Positions 12,039 through 23,925 of a stretch of 63,873 nucleotides of DNA are shown here, piece after piece. Below the pieces are notes generated by a model, which was given only the letters and a program-made list of their open reading frames with translations, did no database searches and was not told where the DNA came from. Origin of the DNA: Octopus bimaculoides (lineage: Eukaryota). The translations under genes and the position numbers were made by a program. Location: the NCBI RefSeq assembly GCF_001194135.2, contig NC_069000.1:21034078-21097950 (forward strand), given 5' to 3'. Numbering within the stretch: position 1 is the stretch's first letter; every line of letters starts with the position of its first letter.

Positions 12039-12118
<80 letters not shown>
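11260..12118. repeat. (AT)n/(TATG)n compound microsatellite with gap
   Basis: Direct observation. Confidence 0.95.
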
Positions 12119-12120
<2 letters not shown>

Positions 12121-12446
12121 CATAATTATAAAATATAATTATAATAAAGGGCGCTGAATTGACAACGCCTATACGCTAGAAATACACGCCAAATGTACTA
12201 CAAACCACTTCAGTTATTACTCCGTTACTCTGTTACCACAAGGTTGTATGCGAGGAAATGGACAGAAGGGATTTATAAAATATTGTGGACAACCTTGTAC
12301 CTTAAGATTTCATGGTTTGCGATATTAAAAACACGTTCCAATCTTCAGTAGGGTAAACCAATCGTAAATGAGAAATTCATATACACACCGTAGGCATACA
12401 GTCGTACAAATACGAGTATATATATATGTATTTCACACATATATAC

Positions 12447-12477
<31 letters not shown>

Positions 12478-13060
12478 TGTATGCAATAGGTGGAGGGGAT
12501 AAAAAATAAAGATTTTAAAGCTTCTGCAAACTTTATGAAGGGAAATGATTTTTGTGTTGTAGCAGACGACTACAATTTATGCAGACCTCAAAGGTCTATA
12601 GACCTCGAAGGAAAAAAAATTACATATTTCCGCACATGTCGATGGACTGCGAAAGTAACACGAATACCCTCTTAGCAGCATCATTAGGCCTCCGGGTAAC
12701 TCAGTATTTATTCATTGACAGCAGGCCATAGCATATATAGGTCAGATTTGGGTATCCAAAACCCGCGGGGCTCTCGGGCAACTTGCCACTGTACTCATGC
12801 CTAAAGACGACACTACTCACCGTGTCAGAATGGTAATTTAAATGAAGCATCTTACTTTTTGGATATGCTTTGGAGCAAAACTGTTTTTTTTTATTCTAAT
12901 AAAAAGTAGAGACCATAAAAAGATTAAACTTCACTGTCTTATTACGATGAGTTGCCGATGGAACAGAAGCAATGGTTGTATTTAAACAAAAAAGCGATGC
13001 CAAATATGAAATTCCCTCTTTCCACATTCATAAGAACGGTTGGATGAATAAAGCTGAAGT

Positions 13061-13466
13061 ATTCTTTTATTCTTTTATTTTACTTGTTTCAGTTATTTGC
13101 TGGAGCTCCGCCTTTAAGGGTTTTAGTCAAACAAATCGAACCCAGGGCTTATTCTTTGTAAGCCTAGTACTTATTCTATTGGTCTCTTTGGCCGAACTGC
13201 TAAGTTACGGGGACGTAAATACACTAACATCGGTTGTTAAACAATGATGGTAGGACAAACTCAGACACAAAGACACACACACATACATATATACATATAT
13301 TAATACAACGGGTTTCTTTCAGTTTCTGTCTACCAAATCCATTCGCAAGGTTTTAGTCGACCCGAGACTGTTGTAGAAGACACTTGCCCAAGGTGCCACG
13401 CAGTAGGACTGAATCCGGAACCATGTGGTTGGGAAGCAAGCTTCTTACCACACAGCCATACTTGTG
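13061..13466 (-). mobile_element. Complete tRNA-derived CORE-like SINE family B with short internal microsatellite
   Basis: Reverse complement has A-box TGGCTGTGTGGTAAG, B-box-like GATTCAGTCC and CORE-like GGCACCTTGGGCAAGTG. An internal (TG/TA) tract follows, then a tail ending AAGTAAATAAAAGAATAAAAGAAT. Confidence 0.9.
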
Positions 13467-14040
13467 AATATATGTTTATATATTCAAAATTCATAAAATA
13501 GGCACCCACGTGGTTTATGAAAGGAGAGGAATTTGTTAATGTGAGACATGTTTAGATTTCATTTAACAGATAATGTAAAAAGAAAGACTATAACGAAGCA
13601 ATACTGTAACATCAATAGTTCTAGAAAGATTAACGTCTGTGCTTTACCCTCTGCATATCAACCTAAATAAACCTTTTAAATACAATATTTGTTTAGAGTG
13701 GTATAAATGAATGGTAGACGGAGAAAAGATGTTCGCTAAGGTTGTAGAGATATTCACGAAAGGTGCTTCACTATTTGATGTGTTACGAAATTTGTGTGGT
13801 AAAATCTTGGGACGATGTTTGTGAAGGAACTGTCGTGAAGTGTTTCAAAAACAATAGCATCTCAAGTATAATAGATGGGTAAGACAGTAATTTGCTGTGG
13901 CAAGAAAGTGACGAAGAGAAAGACAGTGAGTATTAGAAAGACGAAGTGGGAACATCCGTTTATTCAGAGCCGTATGCAGCATGTCTTTTTAGATCAAAGG
14001 ATGAAGAGTGGTTGAAGAAAGATTTTGAAGGATTTTAAAA

Positions 14041-14158
14041 GGGTTCAGTCCCACCTGCGGAGCACCTTGAGCAAATGTCTTCTACTATAGCCTCGGGCTG
14101 ACCAAAACCTTATGAGTGGATTTCGTAGAAAAAAGCCTGTTGTGTATGCTTGTATGTA

Positions 14159-14230
<72 letters not shown>

Positions 14231-14665
14231 TACACATACACGAAAGGTGCTGAAAAGTTCCTGGCCGTAAGGGTATCACGAAAGGTCTGGTTGGAGGCCC
14301 AACCTTCCGAGTTCTTTTACAGGGCTTACAAAAACTGAAGAACAGCTGCAATAAGTGTGAATCAGAGAGGAGAACATGTTGGATAAAATCATAATTAACT
14401 GATCCTCCTGTATTTTGTTTTACCCAAAGCAGGAAATTTTCAGCACCCACTCGCGCTGGGCCGAGAGCACTGAGTTGCCCTTCACCACCGCTTGATAACC
14501 GGTGTTGCTGTGTTTGCGTCCTCGTAACTTAGCGGTTCGACAAAATAATAACTGAATAAGTACCAAGCTTTAAAAAATAAGTACTAGGGTCGATTCATTC
14601 GACCAAAAACTCTTCAAGATAGTACTCTAGCATGGCCGCAGTCTAATGACTGAAACAAGTAAAAT
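14041..14665 (+). mobile_element. SINE family B interrupted by a mariner MITE
   Basis: 5' half 14041-14150, (TA)n(CA)n tract, MITE, then 3' half 14480-14665. Confidence 0.8.
14241..14453 (+). mobile_element. Mariner-derived MITE nested in the microsatellite of a SINE
   Basis: TIRs (CGA)AAGGTGCTGAAAAGTTCCTGG / CAGGAAATTTTCAGCACCCACTCG. The interior retains the transposase 3' end (PSEFFYR...CNK...RGEHVG*). The two halves of a family-B SINE flank it. Confidence 0.85.
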
Positions 14666-15498
14666 GAAAATGATTTTTTAAAATCTTAATTGATCTTGGA
14701 GTGTAAATTTATAAAATATGTACGAGTAAATGATTTCAAATTATAGTACATTATCTTAGATTTTTGGTTTTAATCGCCAGTAAAACAACTGTCAAGTAAC
14801 GTTTATTTTAGATGTTGTACCATATAAGTACTATTATAATGCCAATGTGAATATATTTAATAAACGGTCATAATGTATCATTAATCTGTCATGACACCTT
14901 GTACTGTAATGTATACGTCCCGTCCCGGCAATCTTTCTCTGAAATCAGAATTACATCAGTCATACATGAAACATGCAAATCTTGCGCATTAACCAAATGT
15001 TATGGGAAAATACTGGTATTATTTTTTTTATAATACCCATTAGCCATAAATGAATATATTCATGTGAATTCACAATCTATTTTGCTTTCGTGATATTGCG
15101 CAGAGACACGCATACCGTGGTTGTTTGACAATGGCACTCCGCTCAATGTTTATAGTCAGTGTATCAATTGTTGGCAACAACACCTGCAGAAGTGCTAATT
15201 GGATTTGTATAGCTGATCTATATTAATCTTTGTTAATCTGTTCAAAATGTTCACCAAACACGAGATTTAGCTGGAACATGCTTGTGGCAATCTGCTTGAG
15301 TTGTGCTAAGTGGTGTACAACAAGTATTAGGAGTACTGCTTCACTGGTTAGCCATCCTCTGGCATAAGTCGCATCTTATTATTATTCCAGTAAAGTTGAA
15401 TCCTACTTTTGAAGACATGTCCTCAGACTTAAAACGTCTATTTGTACCTCGCAATTTATGGTATCTGTGCCAGTGTGTGCGTGCGTGTGTGCATACCA

Positions 15499-16493
15499 TA
15501 TATATATATATATATATATATNNNNNNNNNNNNNNNNNNNNNNNNNNNNNNNNNNNNNNNNNNNNNNNNNNNNNNNNNNNNNNNNNNNNNNNNNNNNNNN
15601 NNNNNNNNNNNNNNNNNNNNNNNNNNNNNNNNNNNNNNNNNNNNNNNNNNNNNNNNNNNNNNNNNNNNNNNNNNNNNNNNNNNNNNNNNNNNNNNNNNNN
15701 NNNNNNNNNNNNNNNNNNNNNNNNNNNNNNNNNNNNNNNNNNNNNNNNNNNNNNNNNNNNNNNNNNNNNNNNNNNNNNNNNNNNNNNNNNNNNNNNNNNN
15801 NNNNNNNNNNNNNNNNNNNNNNNNNNNNNNNNNNNNNNNNNNNNNNNNNNNNNNNNNNNNNNNNNNNNNNNNNNNNNNNNNNNNNNNNNNNNNNNNNNNN
15901 NNNNNNNNNNNNNNNNNNNNNNNNNNNNNNNNNNNNNNNNNNNNNNNNNNNNNNNNNNNNNNNNNNNNNNNNNNNNNNNNNNNNNNNNNNNNNNNNNNNN
16001 NNNNNNNNNNNNNNNNNNNNNNNNNNNNNNNNNNNNNNNNNNNNNNNNNNNNNNNNNNNNNNNNNNNNNNNNNNNNNNNNNNNNNNNNNNNNNNNNNNNN
16101 NNNNNNNNNNNNNNNNNNNNNNNNNNNNNNNNNNNNNNNNNNNNNNNNNNNNNNNNNNNNNNNNNNNNNNNNNNNNNNNNNNNNNNNNNNNNNNNNNNNN
16201 NNNNNNNNNNNNNNNNNNNNNNNNNNNNNNNNNNNNNNNNNNNNNNNNNNNNNNNNNNNNNNNNNNNNNNNNNNNNNNNNNNNNNNNNNNNNNNNNNNNN
16301 NNNNNNNNNNNNNNNNNNNNNNNNNNNNNNNNNNNNNNNNNNNNNNNNNNNNNNNNNNNNNNNNNNNNNNNNNNNNNNNNNNNNNNNNNNNNNNNNNNNN
16401 NNNNNNNNNNNNNNNNNNNNNNNNNNNNNNNNNNNNNNNNNNNNNNNNNNNNNNNNNNNNNNNNNNNNNNNNNNNNNNNNNNNNNNNNNNNNN

Positions 16494-16529
<36 letters not shown>

Positions 16530-16900
16530 CATATACATTATATATATATACATTATATATATATACATTATATATATATATATATGTTATATACATACAT
16601 ATACATTATAAATATATACATTATATATATACATATACATTATATATATACATATATATTATATATATACATATACATTATATATATATATATATATATA
16701 TGTTATACACATATACATTATACATATACATTATACATATACATTATACATATACATATACATTATATATATATATACATTATATATGTACATATACATT
16801 ATATATATATATATACATTATATATATATACACATACATTATATATATATGTATATACATTATATATATACATATACATTATATATATGTATGTATATAC

Positions 16901-16939
<39 letters not shown>

Positions 16940-17016
16940 TCACTCGTATATGTGTATACATTCCTACATACCTTTTATGCATTTTCATATCAAAATGCCC
17001 ACCAGACAAAAGACAA

Positions 17017-17067
<51 letters not shown>
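15499..17067. repeat. (AT)n, gap, ACATT(AT)n minisatellite-like tract and (GATA)n
   Basis: Direct observation. Confidence 0.95.
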
Positions 17068-17743
17068 TCAGTGAGGGCGTATATTTTTTCTATCTGAGAA
17101 GTAATACTTATTCTAGAGTATTGAGTACGAAAATATTTGTTTATGCTGCAGAATAGTTTTACTACAAAGCCATATGCCTGTCATATATCGAAGTACGGGA
17201 CTGAATACTCAAAAACATCCTGGCTGGTTCGATACCGTAAATACATAATTCGATGTCAGTTTTTGTTGTTGTTGTGTAATCCCTGGTCAACAAACCTTTG
17301 ATCAAATGGATTCTAGCCATCACCATCTTATCTTTCAAAGCAATTTTTTTTCTGATTATTTTAACCAATATATTCTTAAGAAGGGTTAAGCTGTTATTTT
17401 ATATCAGATGGAACGACTACGTTGACATTCTCTCTTTAGCTCCTTTATTTTATGTATTACTTAAACAGACCCCACATTCTAGAAATAGCCACTAAATCTT
17501 CCATGAATCACATAAAACTTTCTTCGAAAAGGCAATGAGAAAACGCATTCGCACATAGTTTTTGGACACGCAATGCTTAAGAGAAAAAAAATACGAGATA
17601 ACCGTAGATGGAAGACCTATGAGCCTCAGAGCTGAATTGAGGCAAATCAGTCACAAAAGCATTTACACAAATGAAATTAGAAGGAGGATAGTACGTTGAC
17701 TAGGGTTTCAGATAAACAGTCTAAGGACCAGTCGTTTGGATAT

Positions 17744-17958
17744 TGGTTTGAAATTTTGACACAAAGCCAACAAGTTCGGGAGAGGGCTTAAGTCGATTAC
17801 ATCGATCCCTATGCTCAACTGGTACTTATTTTATCGTCCCCGAAAGGATGAAAGGCAAAGTCGACCTCGGCGGAATTTGAACTCAAAAACGTTAAGACAA
17901 ACGAAATACCGCTAAGCAGTTTGCCCTGAATGCTAACAACTCTGCCAGCTCGCCGCCT
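17744..17958 (-). mobile_element. SINE family A
   Basis: Full-length copy with CpGs largely retained. Confidence 0.9.
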
Positions 17959-18145
17959 GCAGTTCTTTGTATATTGTTACTGCTATTATGTTCAGAAACA
18001 AGAACTGAACTTTTTACGGCCAAGTCCACTAATCTTTCTTCACAGTATCATTTTATTCTATTTCATTTGTACTACCTTTATTTACACAATATTTTCACAA
18101 AGAAAATCACTCTGTTTTCAAAAAAGGGCATAGTGAAGAATTCGC

Positions 18146-18440
18146 ATGTGGCTGTGTGGTAAGAAGCTTGCTTTCCAACTNNNNNNNNNNTGTGGCTGTG
18201 TGGTAAGAAGCTTGCTTTCCAACTACATGGTTCCGGGTTCAGTCCTACAGCGTAGTACCTCAGGTAAATGTATATAACCTCCGACTGACCAAAATGTACT
18301 ATAACCTCCGACTGATCAAGGCCTTGTCGGTGGATTTTGGTAGACGTGTTTGTGTGTGTCCCACCACCACTTGACAACCGGTGTTGGAGTATTTACGTCC
18401 CTGCAACTTAGCGGTTCGGCAAAATATACCGATAAATTTA
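18146..18440 (+). mobile_element. Diverged SINE family B
   Basis: Head TGTGGCTGTGTGGTAAGAAGCTTGC (duplicated across a 10-N gap), GGGTTCAGTCC and CTTGACAACCGGTGTTGG...TTAGCGGTTCGGCAAAA. Confidence 0.75.
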
Positions 18441-18471
18441 TAAATTATTTAATTGCATCATCTAACACCTA

Positions 18472-18638
18472 TTTCAGTAAAGATAATGACCGAATCACGC
18501 AATCCGGGCTAGGTATGTTTTCTAGTCTTCGCTTCGTCAGAGATTCTCATACCGATTCGCTATGAATCTCTGACAAAGTAAGACCTAGAAAATCTACCTG
18601 GCCCAAATTGCATAATTCGGTCATTACCTTCACAGTAA
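18472..18638. repeat. 167-bp imperfect palindrome
   Basis: Left arm ATGACCGAATCACGCAATCCGGGCTAGG...GTCAGAGATTC versus right arm GAATCTCTGAC...CCTGGCCCAAATTGCATAATTCGGTCAT. Central loop 17 nt or less. Confidence 0.9.
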
Positions 18639-19001
18639 CATATGTATGACGATGAAGTTAAATAATTTATGAACCGACTCTTCAATTTTGCTTTTTCGGT
18701 ATGTACATTGTGACCTTTGTATGGAGACTAGTGAAAGGAAATTTGAAACATAGTACACAACTATGAACCAGTTTATGCATACATGTATAAGTATGTGTAT
18801 ATAAACATACGTATGTATATGTATGCATATATATATACGTATGTATGTATTTTGTATAGGTGTGTGTAGGCCTGTATATGTATATATGTGTGTGCAGACG
18901 TATGTTTGTGAATAGTTATGTTTATATATATATATATAACCTCGTGGGCATCGGTACCATTTTCCTCTTTCTCCGTTCTTCCATTCACCGAACTTTCCAT
19001 C

Positions 19002-19034
19002 TTTCCGACGAAGGGCTACGCCCGAAACGTCATA
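19002..19034 (+). ncRNA. Minimal type I hammerhead ribozyme-like motif in a Penelope-type terminal repeat
   Basis: TTT CCGACGA A GGGC-TAC-GCCC GAAA CG TC ATA: core with U4C variant, extra A, 4-bp stem II, GAAA and palindromic ACGT stem III. Activity unverified. Confidence 0.6.
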
Positions 19035-19204
19035 CACTCTCTCTTTCCTTTCCTGAGCGTCCAATAACACTATCCGTATCACGTCCTCACTTTGTTGTTT
19101 TCTTTTTGTTATTGTTTTTTTTAACTTATNNNNNNNNNNNNNNNNNNNNNNNNNNNNNNNNNNNNNNNNNNNNNNNNNNNNNNNNNNNNNNNNNNNNNNN
19201 NNNN

Positions 19205-19236
<32 letters not shown>

Positions 19237-19939
19237 GTGTGAGTGCATGTTTTTTGATAGATAGATTCATTTTTATGTGAGCGTGCGTTTAAAAACCTTT
19301 GAGCAATGAGAGCGTAGGCAAAATATGTAAGGTGATGTCAATAACTGAAAACAAAGAGGAAAGGTATTGTATTACCTCACATAGGTTGTGTAATGATCCT
19401 ATAATATTTCGGGGAAGCTTCCCCTTTTCAAATATATGAAAGAAAATAAGCAGAGTTCGGAAAATATGCTGTTCTTTATAGCTGAGGTAGGTTAAGATGG
19501 ATTGGTAGTATCAGTAGCAGTAGATAGTATGGTGTAGCATGGGCAACAGTAGCCAGAGTCGTGCCTTGAAAAATTAGTGTACTTGTGTGAAGGAGTTCTT
19601 GGAAAAGTTACTGGACAATTGACGAACTTCACAGGTAAAGTTAGTCCGTATGGTTTCATGACATTTTCTTAATTCAAAATGGACTATCTGAACTTTGTTA
19701 TTAAGTGTGATGAAGTGTGTTCTAGTGATGAGTTGAGAATGTGCAAGAATTAAGAGAAAGAGGTGAATAGGTGTGGTAATAACGGCGGTACTAAATTCTG
19801 CGGCATAATAAATTTGTGCAAGTGGATGAAGGAGTTGTTACTTGTTATAGTATGTTTTGGAAGGTTGATCGTTCAACATCTGTAGTTACTATTCTTTCTT
19901 TTCTAGGTACGTCAGTGTCGTACTCATTCTCACATACTC

Positions 19940-20430
19940 CCGTACTGAAGTGAATTCTACCTTTGATGCATTCAACAATATTGATAAATGCTTTGATTCA
20001 CTATTAAACACCTCGATGAAGCAGAGACTCTTCTACTAGTTGATGTTATATTCAACATTTCGGAAAAAGGTGAAACCACCACACGATTCTTATATACAAA
20101 AACGGCCTGCGGAGACATGTTCGTGTACTTTATATCAGCTCCCCACCACTATACCAAGCACAACAACATACAAAATGAACTTGCTCGCATTCGTAACAGA
20201 TGTGACAAAGCGACCGACCGACCGACACATTTACGCTGTGCATTTCCAAAAAAGTTTCAAACTAAATGGATACCCCACATCTTCCACCCATCCCCAACAA
20301 GGTCAACGACGTAAAACAGAACAACAGCCACTAGAATGCCAACTTCCTGACTGGAGCTACCACAGCTCAGTGGGACAAATACCACCGCCATTCGAAAAGC
20401 TATTCGTAGTGAGATTAAGAATTCTGACCT
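19940..20430 (+). mobile_element. Penelope-like element RT C-terminal remnant
   Basis: LLVDVIFNISEKGETTTRF(L)YTKTACGDMFVYFISAPHHYTKHNNIQNELARIRNRC...NGYP resembles the PLE thumb region (FLDV...YxKxT...HF.S.H..K). Frameshifted. Confidence 0.55.
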
Positions 20431-21181
20431 AAATAGGTAATTAGTAAATTTACAGCCAAAACTATCATTAGATTTTCTTTATTTTGACTTCCTCTTTTGT
20501 ACACACGAAAACAGATGTCTTATTCCGAATGTGCCATTACTGTGTAAAATACGTTGGACTCTAAAACACAAGCGTATTACAAAATAAGTTATTTTTACGA
20601 AGTTTCTCAAATGCAAGTCTAGCCGTAAATAATAGATTGTAAAACATCGGGTAAAATCCCATCAGACAAAAAAAAGATAAAAAGTAGAAAGAATTATATA
20701 TCAAGCAATTTGCAAAAGATGTTCAAGTAGACGCAACAAAATTTATCGCCATCAGAAGCAGACCAGAAAAGAGCATATGTGTCAATCTCAGAGTACTGTG
20801 AGACGACTAGTTAGAGGAAAATCGGGGTGAAAATATAATTTTCTATACTGTCGACCATTTTAGTATGTAGTATTCATGACATGATTTTGCACATCTGGAA
20901 ATATATGAAACCTCGATAGTCTTTGCATTGAAACAAGAGATGACAGTGCTATAAAATTATTTGGCAAATTCTTCGGTCGATCATCGTATTTTTTATTCGT
21001 GTCAACCACTGGAATCAACCCACGTGTCTGCTGCAGATCAGACAACTGTGATACCACTACACCAAAAAAAAAAAAGCTTTGGTAAGCTAGATTTGCATTT
21101 CAGCAACATCGTTTAAAGACTTTTTAAATTTGTTAAGCTTTGAACATACGGTTCAAATAGACTAATGTATTTGAAAAGTTG

Positions 21182-21427
21182 TGTCCTTGGGCAAAATATT
21201 TTATTTCACGTTGCTCCAGTCCACTCAGCTGGCAAAAATGAGTAGTACCTGTATTTCAAAGAGCCGGCCTTGTCACACTCTGTGTCACGCTGAATCTTCC
21301 TGAGAACTACATTAGGGGTACACGTGTCTGTGGATTGCACAGTCACTTGCACGTTAATTTCAAGAGCAAGCTGTTCCGTTGATCGTATCAGCTGGGACCC
21401 TCGTCGTCGTAACCGACGGAGTGCTCC
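21182..21427 (+). mobile_element. SINE fragment with a different central domain but the family-C 3' tail
   Basis: GTCCTTGGGCAAAATATTTTATTTCACGTTGCTCCAGTCCACTCAGCTGG joined to CCTGTATTTCAAAG.GCC.GCCTTGTCACAC...CGTAACCGACGGAGTGC. Confidence 0.8.
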
Positions 21428-21786
21428 ACACGATATACACTTCCAGAACGAGCTGTCAAGAACATAAAAAACTTTTTTAATACTTTATAACGTATAAAAT
21501 TCAGGAAGAATGTTACCACTAAGGAATTTCACATATTCGTGCAGGTTTATTTCATGGCAGCAATGTAAAATAGGGACAACAAGGTTACACTAATACCCAC
21601 GAAGGACTATAGTCGTACTTTGCATAGAAATAAAGGAAATGCTAAACCAACAGCACATGTACGTCAATATCTTCAAATATACACTGGAGGATATGAACAA
21701 CTCTTCGAATCGTAAAATCGTCTTCTAAACAGTCGGATGTCTGGGTGCAGAACATGAAGGATGATACAGTACTTTGTCAATGATAA

Positions 21787-22900
21787 GGTGTCCGGTCAAT
21801 TCGTCGACGGCCATTAGTCGTCGTTTAGTTTGTCCCCAGTCAATTCGTCGTTAGTCGATTCGTCCCCAGGTCAATTCGTTGTCAGTCTTTGTCGAGATCA
21901 TAGATAAAATGGAAGAACGAATATCTGAAATAAAAAAACGTTTATTCTAAGGTTTACTGTATTACATATTTATCTTTTCTTAAAATTTAAGATTGCGTGC
22001 AATTGCTTTTAGAAAAATAATTTTTTTGCTTGAATAATATTTTTCCATGACAATTTTTATACGCAGGTTCATATCTCTGTATTTCTTCTTCTGACTTGGT
22101 TCTTCTGCAATTTGCTACTGGCAAACCTTTCCACACATTTAATCATATCAATAAGTTTTCAAATATTTAGATGACTAACATTCACTGTGTTTTTCAGTGC
22201 GCCGTGGTAGGCTTCTAAACTATTTGTAATATGAGCAGTCCCCGTCATACATCGATCCCAAACATTCCATATAGGTAATGGAAATGGAGATTCAAGGCGG
22301 TGCCTCCTCTGTCTTCTTCCTCTAGGTGGTCCTATATAATTATTTTCAAAATAGGATACAATTAACTGTGGAATATCATCATCATCGACAAGTTGTCCAT
22401 ATCCATCTACAATATCATCAACTGGCAGGAAGGGCAACCGTCATCTTAGTGCCAAATTCGACCCAGGAAACGATTCCAGAAATCCGTTATGGGCTGCTTT
22501 TCCGAAATCCATAGTTATATTATCAGGTCTCTCATTCTGCAATAATTCATTTATTTTGGCAAAAAGTCTACTACATGTCTTGACTTTCATCAGAGAGCAA
22601 TGCGAACAATCGTGGGGCATTAAAATTATCAATTTGAATGTGAAGTATATATAACTGAAAAAATATACTAGAGCAGCACTTAAATGATCCATCTGCCGCC
22701 AAGTTCTTGTGCTGTTTTAACTGTCGAAGTGCTTCGTCACTTGCAAATATTAGTATTTGTTTTGAATCTTCCATTCCGCTCTCATACTGTAAAAACGTTT
22801 CATTATTGTCAAGGTAGGAGCATTTACTTGGAATGGAAAACCCGGATAGGTGGAGGAAGAGAGAAGTTCTTCGGTCTCACAAATGATTTAGTGAACGGGA
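21787..22900 (-). mobile_element. MULE (Mutator-like) transposon remnant
   Basis: Minus-strand fragments ILIFASDE...ADGSFKCC..FFQLYILH, ITMDFGKA...FP, MPFLP...YFENNYIG...PFPLPIWNV...TNSLEAYH. Terminal region 21787-21885 has repeated GTCAATTCGTC motifs. Confidence 0.85.
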
Positions 22901-23424
22901 AAGATAAAAGCAGACGATGATTAGAAAATCATTTCAACTGAGCAACCCGATGAAGTTACCGATCTAGAGTTTTCTAAAACAAACCAGGCTAAACTCAATT
23001 ATGATAGATGCGAAGTCAACAATTCCGCTACATTCTGCATGTAAGATTTTAAAAATACATGGAAGGTATCTGAGAGCATTTCTTCTGCATACTCAGACGA
23101 ACAATAACGGATAACTGTCTATCGCATGTGTAAGCACGAAGATGAATGCAAAACAACTGCCCCCATAATTTTAAGGAGAGAAAGTGTTTTTCGACAGGCT
23201 ATCGCTTGTCCCACACATCAAATTGTTGTACAAGCTTCTGAAAACTTACGTCGCAAATTATGTTGAATAGAGCAGCGCCGTCAAAACAATCATTTATGGT
23301 ATGAAGTAAACCAAGAAGACCGGTGACATCGCTATCTTTGCTACTGACACAGAGCACAATGATGGTAAACTGCATGAAGTCGAACTACATGTGTATAAGT
23401 GTATGTGCACGCGTGTGCGTGTGT

Positions 23425-23461
23425 AGATAGATAGATAGACAGACAGACAGGCAGGCAGGCT

Positions 23462-23522
<61 letters not shown>

Positions 23523-23523
23523 T
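23425..23523. repeat. (GATA)n/(GACA)n microsatellite
   Basis: Direct observation. Confidence 0.95.
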
Positions 23524-23649
23524 CATTACAAAAAATGAACTAGTCGGGATAACAACGCGTTTCTTGTCCGTATCATTTTGTTCTGTAATATCATCACCTT
23601 ATTCTCTATGCCTATGAAGAAGAGCTTTGTAGTTACATCTTCTGTTGTT

Positions 23650-23925
23650 ATCCAAAAATCCCAAGCATCATCGCCAAACGAAAAACAATTATTGCTTTTG
23701 TCAAACTTGGTGTGAAGATGGCGTCATCTGCCGGGACCATGTCCCCAGATCTGCCAGTAACAGTGCGAAACTGGAATTTGAAAGAAGACTGAGACAGTTG
23801 CTGACGCTTCCAGAAACTGACCACCTCAACATCGCTGAGCCCAGACATAGCGATGATCTCGGAAGATTCCAAGCAAGTGGTACTATTAGAACACTGCATT
23901 CTCTTGGAGTACCGTACTGAGGAGG
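23650..23925 (+). mobile_element. HERO/NeSL-like RLE domain remnant
   Basis: NWNLKED / RQLLTLPE / TSLSPDIAMISEDSKQVVLLE resembles the DW.L..DL...L.FP..I..T.LRPDIVL.S...K...LEL motif. Frameshifted. Confidence 0.6.

Noticed and set aside
12240-12655. Possible plus-strand exons (about 12243-12345 and 12562-12653) and similar candidates at about 15391-15460, 21025-21080 and 52681-52760
   Set aside because: Several frames are open, splice sites are only moderate and no homology is recognised, so they are insufficient to call.
13700-14040. Possible RTE 3' remnant (HVF..KDEEWLKK)
   Set aside because: Too degenerate to assign with confidence.
3842-17028. Long ORFs containing X runs or YI/IY, SL, VC or poly-M repeats
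   Set aside because: They are produced by N gaps and di/tri-nucleotide microsatellites and carry no coding signal.
18146-18224. Tandem duplication of a SINE head across a 10-N gap (similar case at 5330-5420)
   Set aside because: Identical sequence on both sides of a minimal gap is typical of unmerged overlapping contigs.
22920-23340. Possible FLYWCH/MULE N-terminal remnant on the plus strand
   Set aside because: No conserved Cys/His pattern could be read.
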